Part shown: piece after piece, positions 37,506-47,232 of the stretch
How positions within the stretch are numbered: the stretch's first letter is position 1
Layout: the number at the start of each line of letters is the position of its first letter
Source: a virus
Lineage: Duplodnaviria > Heunggongvirae > Uroviricota > Caudoviricetes
Virus record (IMG/VR): IMGVR_UViG_3300043399_000676
Direction: 5' to 3' (one strand)
Length of the DNA: 64,000 nucleotides
Position numbers and translations under genes: made by a program
Notes under the pieces: generated by a model
Told to the model about the DNA's origin: nothing
Databases searched by the model: none
The model's input: the letters and a program-made list of their open reading frames with translations, nothing else

Positions 37506-38726
37506 ATGCCTGCTAAAGTCTCGTCTGTGTCTTTTCCTCTAGTCTATACTAAACCCAAAGCAGTAAAACAAATGCGTAAAATCGTGCATCGATTGATTCG
37601 CAAAAAAGGTGAGTACGCAGAGGCAAGTGTACAAGATCGCTTGAACCAATTGTTTGATCCTAGTAACGGAGCTTGGCACAAGCATGTTGCAGCTTTGATA
37701 AAAAAAGGTATCAAATACAACCGAAAACTTCGATTGCAGTTTGCTATGGTCAAGGTCAAAGATATTTACATTGACGATGACATTCAGCGTGATTTAGATG
37801 TTAAGCATATTGTAAAAATTGCTAACATGGAACGTTTTCGGGTTGAATTTATGTCAGCAATTCAAGGAACGAAAGAGGTTGGTAAATGGCGTTTTCATTC
37901 TACTAACGCCCAGCACACTCTAGTTCTTGAAGCTGCGCTAGCATTTAATAATCTTTGGGATGGTTATAGCGGAGATTGGCAGGAGCTAGAAGTTCCGTTT
38001 ACTTACATTGAAACCGATGATCGATCGTTTGCTCGGCGCCAATTTGACATTTATAACGGCAAGTATTCCAAGCCGATTGGGCCAGCAGATCATCATAAAA
38101 TGGAAGTGTTGTTTTATCGTGTGGATGGTAATCTAGATACTGAATACAAAGAGGCTGCTGAATTGCAATCTATTTGTGAGGAAAACGGATATGAGCCACT
38201 TTACGGCGACGAGGATGAAAACCGTGGTCACCCTAAATGTATCTCGCACGTTAGTGCTATGCGTAAGTATAAAGGAAAACCTCAGCATTGGGAATTTATC
38301 CTAAAAACTCATTCAAAGTATTGGCCTAATATTGAGCTTCATGGTATGGAAATTGACTTGTATGGTTTCATGTATGAATACTTCAAAGTGAAACAAAAAA
38401 CTAACGTGTATTCAAAGGCATTTGAAAAAGAATTTCTTGAGCCCGTACATGCAATTATACAATGTCTGTTTAGTTCCCCGGAACAACTAAGTAGCGAGAG
38501 TGCGAACACGTTTAAGCGTTGGTACGCGAAAACATGGGATATCAGTGTAGATGATGCGGACAACAAGGTTGAATCGCAGGCGTCATTCGTGCTATTGATG
38601 AAAATCTATCGTGATCTAGGCGGTACGCACAAACTCCCTGATATTGTTGATTTGTATGATAACATTAGGGCAGGAGATCTAACTAAGTATCTGTCTGCAT
38701 CTGTCAAAAAAGCGATGAAACCATGA
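37506..38726 (+). CDS. ParB/DGQHR-like domain protein
   Basis: IDDDIQRDLD..H...TNAQHT, a variant of DGQHR. Confidence 0.45.
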   Translation: MPAKVSSVSFPLVYTKPKAVKQMRKIVHRLIRKKGEYAEASVQDRLNQLFDPSNGAWHKHVAALIKKGIKYNRKLRLQFAMVKVKDIYIDDDIQRDLDVKHIVKIANMERFRVEFMSAIQGTKEVGKWRFHSTNAQHTLVLEAALAFNNLWDGYSGDWQELEVPFTYIETDDRSFARRQFDIYNGKYSKPIGPADHHKMEVLFYRVDGNLDTEYKEAAELQSICEENGYEPLYGDEDENRGHPKCISHVSAMRKYKGKPQHWEFILKTHSKYWPNIELHGMEIDLYGFMYEYFKVKQKTNVYSKAFEKEFLEPVHAIIQCLFSSPEQLSSESANTFKRWYAKTWDISVDDADNKVESQASFVLLMKIYRDLGGTHKLPDIVDLYDNIRAGDLTKYLSASVKKAMKP

Positions 38727-39172
38727 GTGGATCTTTTCTGTATGTCATTGAAACTTCACATTTTATAAAATACGGTGACAAATTTGTTCAGCTTCTTGGG
38801 TTTGGTATTACGATTAATCCCAAGAAGAGGTCAAAACAATATAGCGATCATACAGGAGTAGAGCAAGAGTTTTGTAATTTATTCTATGGGCCTAGTCTTC
38901 AAATAAAATCACTTGAATCAATCATCAAGCAGCGTGTTGCACACCAAGCACACAAAATTTACGGGGAAGTAGTAGAATGGGTAAGTCCAAAAAGTAATAT
39001 GTCTATAGACAACATGGTAACTTTGATCAAAGACACCATTGATCAGGAAGGGTTTGACATTAGAGCATTTAAAGAAGACTACCTTCCGTTCAACAATCTA
39101 GAGCACCACAAGAAAATCACAGCCAGGGAACTTTCAGTTAACTCGGAGAAGTATCTAGAGCCGATGACTTGA
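38723..39172 (+). CDS. GIY-YIG/T5orf172-like protein
   Basis: FLYVIE..GFGIT.NP.KR..QY, LESIIK, EW. Confidence 0.5.
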   Translation: MSGSFLYVIETSHFIKYGDKFVQLLGFGITINPKKRSKQYSDHTGVEQEFCNLFYGPSLQIKSLESIIKQRVAHQAHKIYGEVVEWVSPKSNMSIDNMVTLIKDTIDQEGFDIRAFKEDYLPFNNLEHHKKITARELSVNSEKYLEPMT

Positions 39173-39198
39173 CATGTAATACAAAATAGTGCTATACT
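39169..39198 (+). promoter_or_regulatory. sigma70-type promoter
   Basis: TTGACA-18-TATACT. Confidence 0.65.
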
Positions 39199-39235
39199 TT
39201 GCATTCCAACACTTACTATATACATACCCAAACAA

Positions 39236-40240
39236 ATGAAATACGCAATCATCGACACTGCAAATACCTTCTTCCGCGCCCGTCACATCGCATCCCGAAA
39301 CAGTGATGCTTGGGAAAAAGTGGGCATGGCACTTCACTTGACACTTGCATCAGTCAATCAGGTCGTCAGAAAATTCGGTGTTGATCACGTTGTCTTTGCT
39401 CTTGAGGGTCGTAGCTGGCGAAAAGAGTTTTACAAGCCTTATAAGGCTCACAGGAAGCTCGATGAATCTGCTATGACCCAGGCAGAAGTTGAAGAAAATA
39501 AATTGTTTTGGGATACCTATGAAGTATTCACCACTTATTTGAATGAAAAAACCAACGTGAGCGTACTGCGTGACCCCAACGCTGAAGCTGACGATATCAT
39601 TGCTAGGTTCATTCATCTGCACCCTGAGGATCATCACTACATTATCAGTTCGGATTCTGACTATGTTCAACTGATTTCCGATAACGTGCATCAATACAAC
39701 GGAATGTCTAATCAGTTGATTACTCCTGAGGGATATCATGATGAGAAGGGCAGACTTGTTCTCGACAAGAAAACAAAAGAACCAAAACTACTTGGTGATC
39801 CTCAGTTCGTTTTGTTTGAAAAATGTATGAGGGGTGACACTACTGATAATGTTTTCAGCGCATACCCTGGTGTTCGTACTAAAGGTAGCAAAAACAAAGT
39901 CGGACTAATCGAAGCATATGCTGATCGTCATAAACAGGGCTTTAACTGGAATAACATGATGCTCCAGCGCTGGACCGATCACACTGGTGAAGAACATCGT
40001 GTCAAAGATGACTATGAACGTAACCGTGTTCTCATCGATCTTACTGCTCAACCTGATCATGTTAAAGAAGCGGTTGATACTAGTATCAAGACTGGACTGA
40101 AACAGGCTAACGTTTCTCAAGTTGGTATTCACTTCATGAAGTTTTGTGCAAAGTATGAATTGACTAAAATTGGTGAACAAGCGGAGACTTATGCTAAGTG
40201 GCTCAACTCTCCCTACAAAGGTATCCTTAATGAAAATTAA
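39236..40240 (+). CDS. rnh: T4-type RNase H / 5'-3' flap exonuclease
   Basis: IIDTAN, SWRK..YKAHR, EADDIIA, SSDSDYVQL, GDTTDNV. Confidence 0.9.
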   Translation: MKYAIIDTANTFFRARHIASRNSDAWEKVGMALHLTLASVNQVVRKFGVDHVVFALEGRSWRKEFYKPYKAHRKLDESAMTQAEVEENKLFWDTYEVFTTYLNEKTNVSVLRDPNAEADDIIARFIHLHPEDHHYIISSDSDYVQLISDNVHQYNGMSNQLITPEGYHDEKGRLVLDKKTKEPKLLGDPQFVLFEKCMRGDTTDNVFSAYPGVRTKGSKNKVGLIEAYADRHKQGFNWNNMMLQRWTDHTGEEHRVKDDYERNRVLIDLTAQPDHVKEAVDTSIKTGLKQANVSQVGIHFMKFCAKYELTKIGEQAETYAKWLNSPYKGILNEN

Positions 40241-40457
40241 AGTACATCAGACTAACGTCAAGACGTTGTTTCCTGGTGATCCAGGGTTTACTATTAACAC
40301 CGCCTTTACTTCTCACTCAAGAGCAGGGTTTGCAATCAAGCCTACATGCCCCAAAGAATATCAGAAAATAATTACGGAATGCATTGAACGTAAGTGGCTT
40401 ATTCCTGTCGCAGTCGTCCCTGATAAAGAACTTATTTGGCAACAACTAGGAGAATAA
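40230..40457 (+). CDS. hypothetical protein
   Basis: Start adjusted to MKIKVH. Confidence 0.55.
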   Translation: MKIKVHQTNVKTLFPGDPGFTINTAFTSHSRAGFAIKPTCPKEYQKIITECIERKWLIPVAVVPDKELIWQQLGE

Positions 40458-40458
40458 C

Positions 40459-40698
40459 GTGAACAAAGAAATCAAGATCGATGGTCTCACTATGAAGCAG
40501 GTTGTTCTTTTGAACAAGCTTTGGAACTTCCAAACTCTAGAAGAATTTGAAGACTGGTCAGAAACTCTTTCAGTATCTGAAGCAAAAGAAGCATCAATGC
40601 TTAAGGATCTGTTGATGTTTGAGATCATTGATTCTGAGCTTGCCGACGAAGCTGAGTTTCCGATTGGCAAAGAAATTTGCAAAAAATTCATGCTATGA
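40459..40698 (+). CDS. hypothetical protein
   Basis: AGGAG SD, GTG start. Confidence 0.65.
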   Translation: MNKEIKIDGLTMKQVVLLNKLWNFQTLEEFEDWSETLSVSEAKEASMLKDLLMFEIIDSELADEAEFPIGKEICKKFML

Positions 40699-41174
40699 AA
40701 AAAATCTATTACGAGAAGGTAGGTAGTCGATATATTCCAGTGGCCGAATACGATTCTACTCTGCTAGATGCTCTTCCAAAAGGTAGTCACTTAGTAAATG
40801 TAGTTCCAGGCGGGGTCAGTTATCGTTTCAAGGTTGATCCTGGGTATGCAGCCATGATTGCCGCAGGAATCGTTGCTGAGGATGCAATTGCCGCATCTTT
40901 AGTTAAAGCGACTGACATTAGATTGGGATATCAGGAACGATCAAAACCTATTACCCCGGCACAAAAGGCTGCATGGGAAAATCTAGTAAAAGAGTTTGGT
41001 GAGGGGGCAAGTCGTTTGGAATGGCCCAGCGCCCGCGAAGCTGCGGAAGAGGGAGTTAAAGCTATGATGGAAGAAGCTGAGAAACTTTTGAAAAACCCCG
41101 CAGTAAAGAAAGCATACGATCATTTCATCATGGTATGCGAATTAACTAAAAAAGACAATGGATCAGATAACTAA
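40695..41174 (+). CDS. hypothetical protein
   Basis: Start MKKIYYEK overlaps the upstream stop. Confidence 0.65.
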   Translation: MKKIYYEKVGSRYIPVAEYDSTLLDALPKGSHLVNVVPGGVSYRFKVDPGYAAMIAAGIVAEDAIAASLVKATDIRLGYQERSKPITPAQKAAWENLVKEFGEGASRLEWPSAREAAEEGVKAMMEEAEKLLKNPAVKKAYDHFIMVCELTKKDNGSDN

Positions 41175-41457
41175 CACATTCAATAACATATATGCTTGGG
41201 CTAAGAACGACTACAAAGCATGGCCTCTTAGATTTTGCCTAGAGATCATTGCATGGTTTGGAAGTATAACTTGTAGTGTGATTATGGCACTCACAGTGCC
41301 TAATCCTCCTTTTCTGCTACTTTATCCTATGTTTATAGCTCAGTGTATGATTTTTGGTTGGGCTGCATGGACTAGAAAAAGTACAGGAATGGTGGCAAAC
41401 TATGGACTTCTAGTGACAATTGACATTATCGCACTCACTAGGCTTTTACTAACATAA
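41158..41457 (+). CDS. membrane protein
   Basis: Three hydrophobic segments. Confidence 0.65.
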   Translation: MDQITNTFNNIYAWAKNDYKAWPLRFCLEIIAWFGSITCSVIMALTVPNPPFLLLYPMFIAQCMIFGWAAWTRKSTGMVANYGLLVTIDIIALTRLLLT

Positions 41458-41468
41458 AGGATTTCTGA

Positions 41469-41918
41469 ATGAGCTTGATTGCAAAACCTATTATAAAAAA
41501 TCAATTTTGGGTCATCACTGATGGCGACAAAAAGGTAGGAAACGTAGAATTCGACGGGTCTTCGTTCAATGTAAAGATAGGAAAACATGTTGATAGATAT
41601 GAAGACACGAAGGAAATTTCCAATATTAGGTTTGAAACAATATCGGTTAGATCGAAACCTTTAAATCCTGTTTTTGCTCACTTCCCCACGCCAGCTAAGA
41701 CATTCAACAATATTTTGGATGTCAGAAAAAAACTACACCTGTTCACTAAAACTGCAAAAAGTAAATGTTTTTATGCGGCAGGATGGTTCGCCATTAAACA
41801 AAACGAAATTACAGAAGTGGTATTTTGCCCGAAGTATATCTTTGTACAGCGTTATCCGTACTCAGGTCCATACAAGACTAAAGAAGAGGCTAATGTGGCG
41901 ATAAATAATCTATCATGA
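41469..41918 (+). CDS. hypothetical protein
   Basis: AAGGA SD, 149 aa. Confidence 0.65.
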   Translation: MSLIAKPIIKNQFWVITDGDKKVGNVEFDGSSFNVKIGKHVDRYEDTKEISNIRFETISVRSKPLNPVFAHFPTPAKTFNNILDVRKKLHLFTKTAKSKCFYAAGWFAIKQNEITEVVFCPKYIFVQRYPYSGPYKTKEEANVAINNLS

Positions 41919-42112
41919 TTAACATTAAACGATTCGTTGATAGAATAGCCAGTTTAGAAGGTAGACAAGCAAAAGATTTGATTTTGCCCTTATCAGAAGC
42001 AAAACTACTTCGTGATGAGATAACGAGGCTCTTAGTAGAAAATAAGGAACTTTCCAACACAACGAAAAAAGAGGAAGTGATTGAAGTAAAGCTAGTGGGT
42101 AATAAATGGTGA
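41915..42112 (+). CDS. hypothetical protein
   Basis: Coupled ORF. Confidence 0.6.
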   Translation: MINIKRFVDRIASLEGRQAKDLILPLSEAKLLRDEITRLLVENKELSNTTKKEEVIEVKLVGNKW

Positions 42113-42116
42113 TAGT

Positions 42117-42410
42117 ATGAGTAGGTCTAAGACAAAAGTTATAATGGAGATGGTTGATAAAACAACGTACCAGTGTGATCAGATAGTGGAAGCACCTGGT
42201 ATTTGGGCGGTGACTTACGACGGTCAACCAATAAACCTAAAAAGACAACATTACTTAGACAGTAACTCTATTCCTACCTATAAAAAGACCAGTTTTAGTA
42301 ATCCAGGTCATGCCAGAAACTTGTGCAGAAAACTGAACAAACAGTTCAAGACTGATAAGTTTTCGGTAGTGTTCTACAGTTCAGGAACAAAGGTTTATCC
42401 AGATGAATGA
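42117..42410 (+). CDS. hypothetical protein
   Basis: YKKTSFSNPGHA motif; operon position. Confidence 0.65.
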   Translation: MSRSKTKVIMEMVDKTTYQCDQIVEAPGIWAVTYDGQPINLKRQHYLDSNSIPTYKKTSFSNPGHARNLCRKLNKQFKTDKFSVVFYSSGTKVYPDE

Positions 42411-42801
42411 CTACATCCCATCTAAAAGTAAAATAACAGATATAGTACTCAAGCAACTTCCTCCCGACTACGTTGTTACAAAAGAGGATGCGATGAGGAA
42501 ATGGTGGTATTTTTGGAGAGCAGGTAGTGGACTGCGACTTACTGATTTGGGAGCCGCTGTCTTTACACTTGCGAATATAGAAGCAGTTAATTGCGATTTC
42601 AAAAACCCATCCAACAACGTCGAAGGATGGAATGCGATGATGCTGAAACTGAACAAAAAAATGCCATGTCCTTATTACATTTTTTGTGAAAATAGTTCAG
42701 GGGGTGTAAAGATTAGGCTTTATGATTCCAAAGTTGCAATGATGGTAACGTTATATGATGACGTTTTTAAATATATCGAGTTGCTAAAAATCAAAACGTA
42801 A
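42403..42801 (+). CDS. hypothetical protein
   Basis: Coupled ORF; GLRLTDLG. Confidence 0.6.
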   Translation: MNDYIPSKSKITDIVLKQLPPDYVVTKEDAMRKWWYFWRAGSGLRLTDLGAAVFTLANIEAVNCDFKNPSNNVEGWNAMMLKLNKKMPCPYYIFCENSSGGVKIRLYDSKVAMMVTLYDDVFKYIELLKIKT

Positions 42802-42856
42802 CCTGTGATGATAAATAAAGTGTAGGCAACTACACTAACACACACAGGAAAACACA

Positions 42857-43048
42857 ATGATTAATATATTCTTACCCTTCATTACCTTGTTTGAACGCCT
42901 CGGATCTGCTAGAGGTTTCACATCAGAACTAGAAGATTACATCAATCGTCACAACCCAAAAAGTGGCATTGAAGTAGAAAAGTTAGAAAGAGAATTTGAT
43001 GAAAAAGTTAGGAATAACTTATACAACCGATTTTCTTGTTACTTCTAA
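42857..43048 (+). CDS. small protein, DUF3563-like
   Basis: LEDYI..NP....EVEKLEREFD; ATAAATA and AGGA upstream. Confidence 0.45.
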   Translation: MINIFLPFITLFERLGSARGFTSELEDYINRHNPKSGIEVEKLEREFDEKVRNNLYNRFSCYF

Positions 43049-43090
43049 TAGCTTGTTGTAAACTACACTCACACACATAGGAGACTTATC

Positions 43091-43360
43091 ATGACTGATT
43101 CAAAAAAACTAACTGCATTACCAGAAGTAAAATTCAACAAAAACGGCTATGAAATCAGAACAGAAATTCTGCACATGGCTAAAGATATCGTAGGCCAAGA
43201 CTTCCACTACAAATGGTTAGGGTGGGAAACTACAGTAGAACGAGACAAAGAAGGAAAAGTTGTTACTAAGGTTGAAATGCCTGAATTTCCTGGTCTCGAT
43301 AAAGTACTAGAAACCGCAGAAAAGATGTACGCCTTTGTAACTGCTGGTAACAAAAAGTAA
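43091..43360 (+). CDS. hypothetical protein
   Basis: AGGAG SD; NGYEIRTEIL..AK. Confidence 0.7.
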   Translation: MTDSKKLTALPEVKFNKNGYEIRTEILHMAKDIVGQDFHYKWLGWETTVERDKEGKVVTKVEMPEFPGLDKVLETAEKMYAFVTAGNKK

Positions 43361-43375
43361 CCTAAAACAAAATTT

Positions 43376-43401
43376 AGGAATGGGTATTTATACCCATTCC
43401 T
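43376..43401. terminator. hairpin, putative terminator
   Basis: AGGAATGGGTA/TACCCATTCCT; no clear U-tract. Confidence 0.5.
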
Positions 43402-43419
43402 CCTATCACAAGGCGCTCC

Positions 43420-43593
43420 ATGGAGAATACCTACAAGTATGCCGACTTCAACGAATGGTTCAATGAAAGAGAGTTCATCACTTTTAGGTCTGAACGATTC
43501 TACGTTGACCTAAATATGTTTCCTCCTAGTCGCATCGTTCAATGGCTGGAGGCGGCATTCACCGCAGGAAGAGAAAATTCGGTTGACAAATAG
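43420..43593 (+). CDS. hypothetical protein (57 aa, not in ORF track)
   Basis: MENTYKYADFNEWFNE...WLEAAF. Confidence 0.5.
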   Translation: MENTYKYADFNEWFNEREFITFRSERFYVDLNMFPPSRIVQWLEAAFTAGRENSVDK

Positions 43594-43611
43594 TCCAAAG
43601 TTTGCTATAAT
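43583..43611 (+). promoter_or_regulatory. sigma70 early promoter
   Basis: TTGACA-17-TATAAT. Confidence 0.85.
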
Positions 43612-43637
43612 TTTACATAGTCGATAGTGAGGAATCC

Positions 43638-43784
43638 ATGAAAGCAATCGTTTGGTATGATCGTTCTATTCGTCTGTGGACTGCTATCTACGTTGACGAG
43701 AACGAATTCCAAGTCGGGAATGCTGGTTACGGTACTTCCAAAGCTGAGGCCCTCAGAGACGTAGAATATCAGTCTAAAATCTAA
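43638..43784 (+). CDS. hypothetical early protein (48 aa, not in ORF track)
   Basis: GAGGA SD; MKAIVWYDRSIRLW. Confidence 0.6.
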   Translation: MKAIVWYDRSIRLWTAIYVDENEFQVGNAGYGTSKAEALRDVEYQSKI

Positions 43785-43793
43785 GGAGTAAGA

Positions 43794-44003
43794 ATGGCAA
43801 CGAGAGCTAAAGCTACACCTACCGAGCAGTCCCTGCGTGTCAACCTGCAGGCACTGTATGAAGAACTTATCTCCCTGAATAAGGTTCGTAGTCAGGGAAA
43901 GCCCAAGGACATCGAAAAACGTGAAAAGAGGATTGCTCAACTGAACGTCGAAACCCGCGACATTGAGCATGCCTTGGCTACAAAAACGGTTGACAAAAAG
44001 TAA
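43794..44003 (+). CDS. hypothetical early protein
   Basis: TAAGGAG SD. Confidence 0.65.
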   Translation: MATRAKATPTEQSLRVNLQALYEELISLNKVRSQGKPKDIEKREKRIAQLNVETRDIEHALATKTVDKK

Positions 44004-44055
44004 TTTCGGGCGTATAATAGCTTTATACACTGAAAAAACGGAGAATCAAATGGCT
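43981..44055 (+). repeat. promoter-RBS cassette copy 1
   Basis: CAAAAACGGTTGACAAAAAGTAATTT....GTATAATAGCTT.ATACACTGA.AAAACGGAGAA...ATGGCT. Confidence 0.85.
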
Positions 44056-44250
44056 AAACGTAAAGAACGCTTCTCTGATCTTTCCAAATGGTTTCAGGAA
44101 GCAGAAAAAACTCAACTCCTTACTGAAGAAGGACCTTCGGTTGGTTGGGTCAACGCAATCGACAGTCGTGGCAACATCGTTGGGCAGTGGTTGCCTGACG
44201 CAGAATGTCGTGCATTTGGCGTCAAAGTTAATGGCTGGATGTTTGTTTAA
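44050..44250 (+). CDS. hypothetical early protein
   Basis: Start MAKRKERF after GGAG. Confidence 0.65.
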   Translation: MAKRKERFSDLSKWFQEAEKTQLLTEEGPSVGWVNAIDSRGNIVGQWLPDAECRAFGVKVNGWMFV

Positions 44251-44326
44251 CAAAAACGGTTGACAAAAAGTAATTTTGAGTGTATAATAGCTTCATACAC
44301 TGAGAAAACGGAGAAGTAAAATGGCT
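44251..44326 (+). repeat. promoter-RBS cassette copy 2
   Basis: Near-identical to 43981-44055, offset 270 bp. Confidence 0.85.
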
Positions 44327-44959
44327 CGTATCAAGAAGGTTGCTCTGAACATCGACCCTTCGATTGCTTGGGCTGCTGCTGTGGCTGCTCATCGCATCAA
44401 CGATGGTTATCTGAAGTTCATCGAACCTGGTAAAAATGACGAGACCAATCGTCAGATTATGGAGCGCCTGATCGCTTCGCCCGAACAGCTCACCGACGAG
44501 GACAAGGAAGTCGGCGAAGAAGTTCGTAGCTACTTCAAGGGCCTGATGTTCCAAATCATTTCGGGCAAGAAGCTGAACGACTTCCTCAATACCGCACTCA
44601 CGATTGCCAATCGTGATGTCATCGATGACAAGTTCGACATTGCCGTCATCGCGTCCCTGCCCCAGTCTTACGAAAAGGCTAAGGCTATGGATAACGCTAT
44701 GAGCAAAATTCGTTTTGCTTCGGGCGGGTATGCTGGTGCAGTGGGCGAAAAGATCACTTGCAACGTGGAAATTCTGAAAGTCATTTTCAGCCAGCGTTGG
44801 AACTCGTTTGTCGTGAATGCGATCAACGATCAAGAACAAGCCCTGTTTTTCTTCACCGGTAAGGGTCAGTTCAGCGTCGGCCAAAAGATTAAAATTCAAG
44901 GGAAGGTCAAGTCGCATCGTGACAATCAAACCCAACTCAACTATGTGAAAGTGGTCTAA
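44321..44959 (+). CDS. early protein with C-terminal OB-fold
   Basis: GAVGEKI...KIQGKVKSH..QTQLNYVK. Confidence 0.6.
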   Translation: MARIKKVALNIDPSIAWAAAVAAHRINDGYLKFIEPGKNDETNRQIMERLIASPEQLTDEDKEVGEEVRSYFKGLMFQIISGKKLNDFLNTALTIANRDVIDDKFDIAVIASLPQSYEKAKAMDNAMSKIRFASGGYAGAVGEKITCNVEILKVIFSQRWNSFVVNAINDQEQALFFFTGKGQFSVGQKIKIQGKVKSHRDNQTQLNYVKVV

Positions 44960-45279
44960 TGCTCGGCTTTCGCACTTACCGAGAGTTTATCCGTGTTCAT
45001 GAATTTGCAAATAAACTGGGGTTTAACTTTGGATACCCCAAACACGGATACGACCAAGAAATGATTACGCTGTATCCTCTTGATCAAGAAAACCTCCCTA
45101 TCTTCTCTAGGGATGCTAGCTTGTTTACTGGCGATTTGGAGGCAGTTGACAACTTCCTCAGAGGGGTAGAGTGGGCTAGGAACTATGATAGAATGCTCGG
45201 CTTGTCGGATGACAAGAAACGAGAACGCAAAGAGCAGGACCATCGTAATCGAGAACTGGCAAATACGCTGAAAAAATAA
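44959..45279 (+). CDS. hypothetical protein
   Basis: Coupled ORF. Confidence 0.6.
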   Translation: MLGFRTYREFIRVHEFANKLGFNFGYPKHGYDQEMITLYPLDQENLPIFSRDASLFTGDLEAVDNFLRGVEWARNYDRMLGLSDDKKRERKEQDHRNRELANTLKK

Positions 45280-45280
45280 A

Positions 45281-45598
45281 ATGAAAGTTATTGCAAAAAT
45301 TGACATCAACCGTGTACTATGCGAAGTGTCTATGGATGAACTTGCTTTTTTGAATGGATTTCAAAGTCCATTCAGTAACGGGTTCAACAGGGAAAACGCA
45401 AGCAAGGTTAATGCTGAGTGTAATCTAGTCAAAATGGTCAATACTAGCAAGTTTGTGAGGAGTTTGCGTCCTAAAACTATAGAAAGCACAAAACGTGCGT
45501 TAGAGCAGGCCATCAAAGAGTTGGATCAAGCCGCTGAAATAATTTCTGAAACAGAAGTCTTTGCAATTCTTAAAGACTCTGATAACCTAATTGAGTGA
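45281..45598 (+). CDS. hypothetical protein
   Basis: Operon position. Confidence 0.6.
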   Translation: MKVIAKIDINRVLCEVSMDELAFLNGFQSPFSNGFNRENASKVNAECNLVKMVNTSKFVRSLRPKTIESTKRALEQAIKELDQAAEIISETEVFAILKDSDNLIE

Positions 45599-45610
45599 CA
45601 AGGAAAAAAT

Positions 45611-46945
45611 ATGAGTGCATCGTGGATTAACAAACTGAACGAATCTGACAGCCGACTTCATAAAGAGGATGTACTGAAGCAGGCTCTTACTGCCGCAAAC
45701 GTAGGCAGTACTAATGCAAAGACCTTCTTGGAACTGACTAAGGCTTGCTACAATCCCTTCTTGACGTTTGGAGTCAAACAGATTCCTGAGACTATCGGAA
45801 TCGTGGATGCAGAAAATCCCTGGGAAGATTTCAATGATCTCCTTATCGAACTCCGTGATAGAAATCTTACGGGTAATTCTGCCCGTGATGCAATTGCGGA
45901 AATGAGTGAACGCTTCGATAGTGAAGAGTGGAACAAATTCTGCGCCGCGGTACTTCGTCGGGATCTTCGTGCGGGCATTTCGGATAAGACTATCAACAAA
46001 GTTTGCAAAAAGACTGAATATGAGGTTCCTATCTTTGCTTGTCAGCTTGCTACTAATAGTGAGGGCAGGCCCGAAATGAAGGGGACTAAACGTCTTGAAC
46101 CGAAGCTAGATGGTGTTCGTGTTCTGATGACCATTGTTCCTTCAGACTCAGGAGTGTCCGTTACCAGCTTTTCTAGGAACGGAAAGATTTTTGAGAACTT
46201 CACTCATATCGAGGAGCAAATTGCTGACAACTGGGTAAAGATGATTCGTGGCGCTAAGTCCACTGCTCTTATCGGTGGATTTGTTCTCGACGGAGAGGTT
46301 ATCGGAAATACGTTCCAAGAACTTATGCGGCAGGCTCGTCGCAAAGAAAATGTTCAAGCAGACGATTCTGTATTCAACGTGTTTGATATCATCCCGCTAA
46401 CTGATTTTCGACGCGGATTCTGGAACGCTCAACTTAGCAAAAGGGTAGAACTCTTGGAGTCTCTACGTCCTATTATCGATACTATGGCAAACGTCGAACT
46501 TCTTCCTCACATCATGGTTGATCTTAGTACCGCTGCAGGCCAAGATCAAATGCATCGTTATGCTAAAGATCAGGTTAATGCAGGGTTCGAAGGTATTATG
46601 ATCAAGGATGTTAATTCACCCTATGAGTGCAAACGTAATACTTTTTGGATGAAGTGGAAGCCGACTATTACAGTTGATCTGGAGGTGGTAGGTGTTGAAG
46701 AGGGCACTGGGCGTAACAAAGGTCGGCTAGGAGCATTGATTTGCAATGGAGTGGACGATGGTAAGGAAATTACTGTAAACGTAGGTAGTGGTTTTAGTGA
46801 TGAAGATCGTGATTCCTACTGGAAAGACAGTCAGTATGTGATTGGCAAAACTGCGGAAATTCTCTGCGATGTGATTACGCAGAATCAGGATGGGACTTAT
46901 AGCCTTCGTTTCCCTCGATTTGTTCGATTCCGTGATGACAAATAA
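45611..46945 (+). CDS. ATP-dependent DNA ligase
   Basis: EPKLDGVR, LDGEV, FDII, EGIMIK, WMKWK, VGSGF, LRFPRF. Confidence 0.95.
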   Translation: MSASWINKLNESDSRLHKEDVLKQALTAANVGSTNAKTFLELTKACYNPFLTFGVKQIPETIGIVDAENPWEDFNDLLIELRDRNLTGNSARDAIAEMSERFDSEEWNKFCAAVLRRDLRAGISDKTINKVCKKTEYEVPIFACQLATNSEGRPEMKGTKRLEPKLDGVRVLMTIVPSDSGVSVTSFSRNGKIFENFTHIEEQIADNWVKMIRGAKSTALIGGFVLDGEVIGNTFQELMRQARRKENVQADDSVFNVFDIIPLTDFRRGFWNAQLSKRVELLESLRPIIDTMANVELLPHIMVDLSTAAGQDQMHRYAKDQVNAGFEGIMIKDVNSPYECKRNTFWMKWKPTITVDLEVVGVEEGTGRNKGRLGALICNGVDDGKEITVNVGSGFSDEDRDSYWKDSQYVIGKTAEILCDVITQNQDGTYSLRFPRFVRFRDDK

Positions 46946-46956
46946 GGAGAGTCTAA

Positions 46957-47232
46957 ATGATTAAAGTTATGAAGCATGAGTGGCATAGTGTAGATAGTCA
47001 ATTCATTCTAGAATTCACTGAGGATCTTCTTAGTGAAATTTACCCTGAATCTTCTGATGAAGAAATCAAGGAGCTGATTGAAAATCTCAAAAGCGGAGAA
47101 GTTGACATTGAAACGGTAATTGAGGATGCAATGGAAAATGACATTGACCTAGAATGGGATCGTGAATATGATGACTGGTACACTGACCGAAAAGGTGGTT
47201 ATGAAGTTACATATGATGTATTGGAAGATTAA
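46957..47232 (+). CDS. acidic hypothetical protein
   Basis: TAAGGAG SD; very D/E-rich. Confidence 0.65.
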   Translation: MIKVMKHEWHSVDSQFILEFTEDLLSEIYPESSDEEIKELIENLKSGEVDIETVIEDAMENDIDLEWDREYDDWYTDRKGGYEVTYDVLED

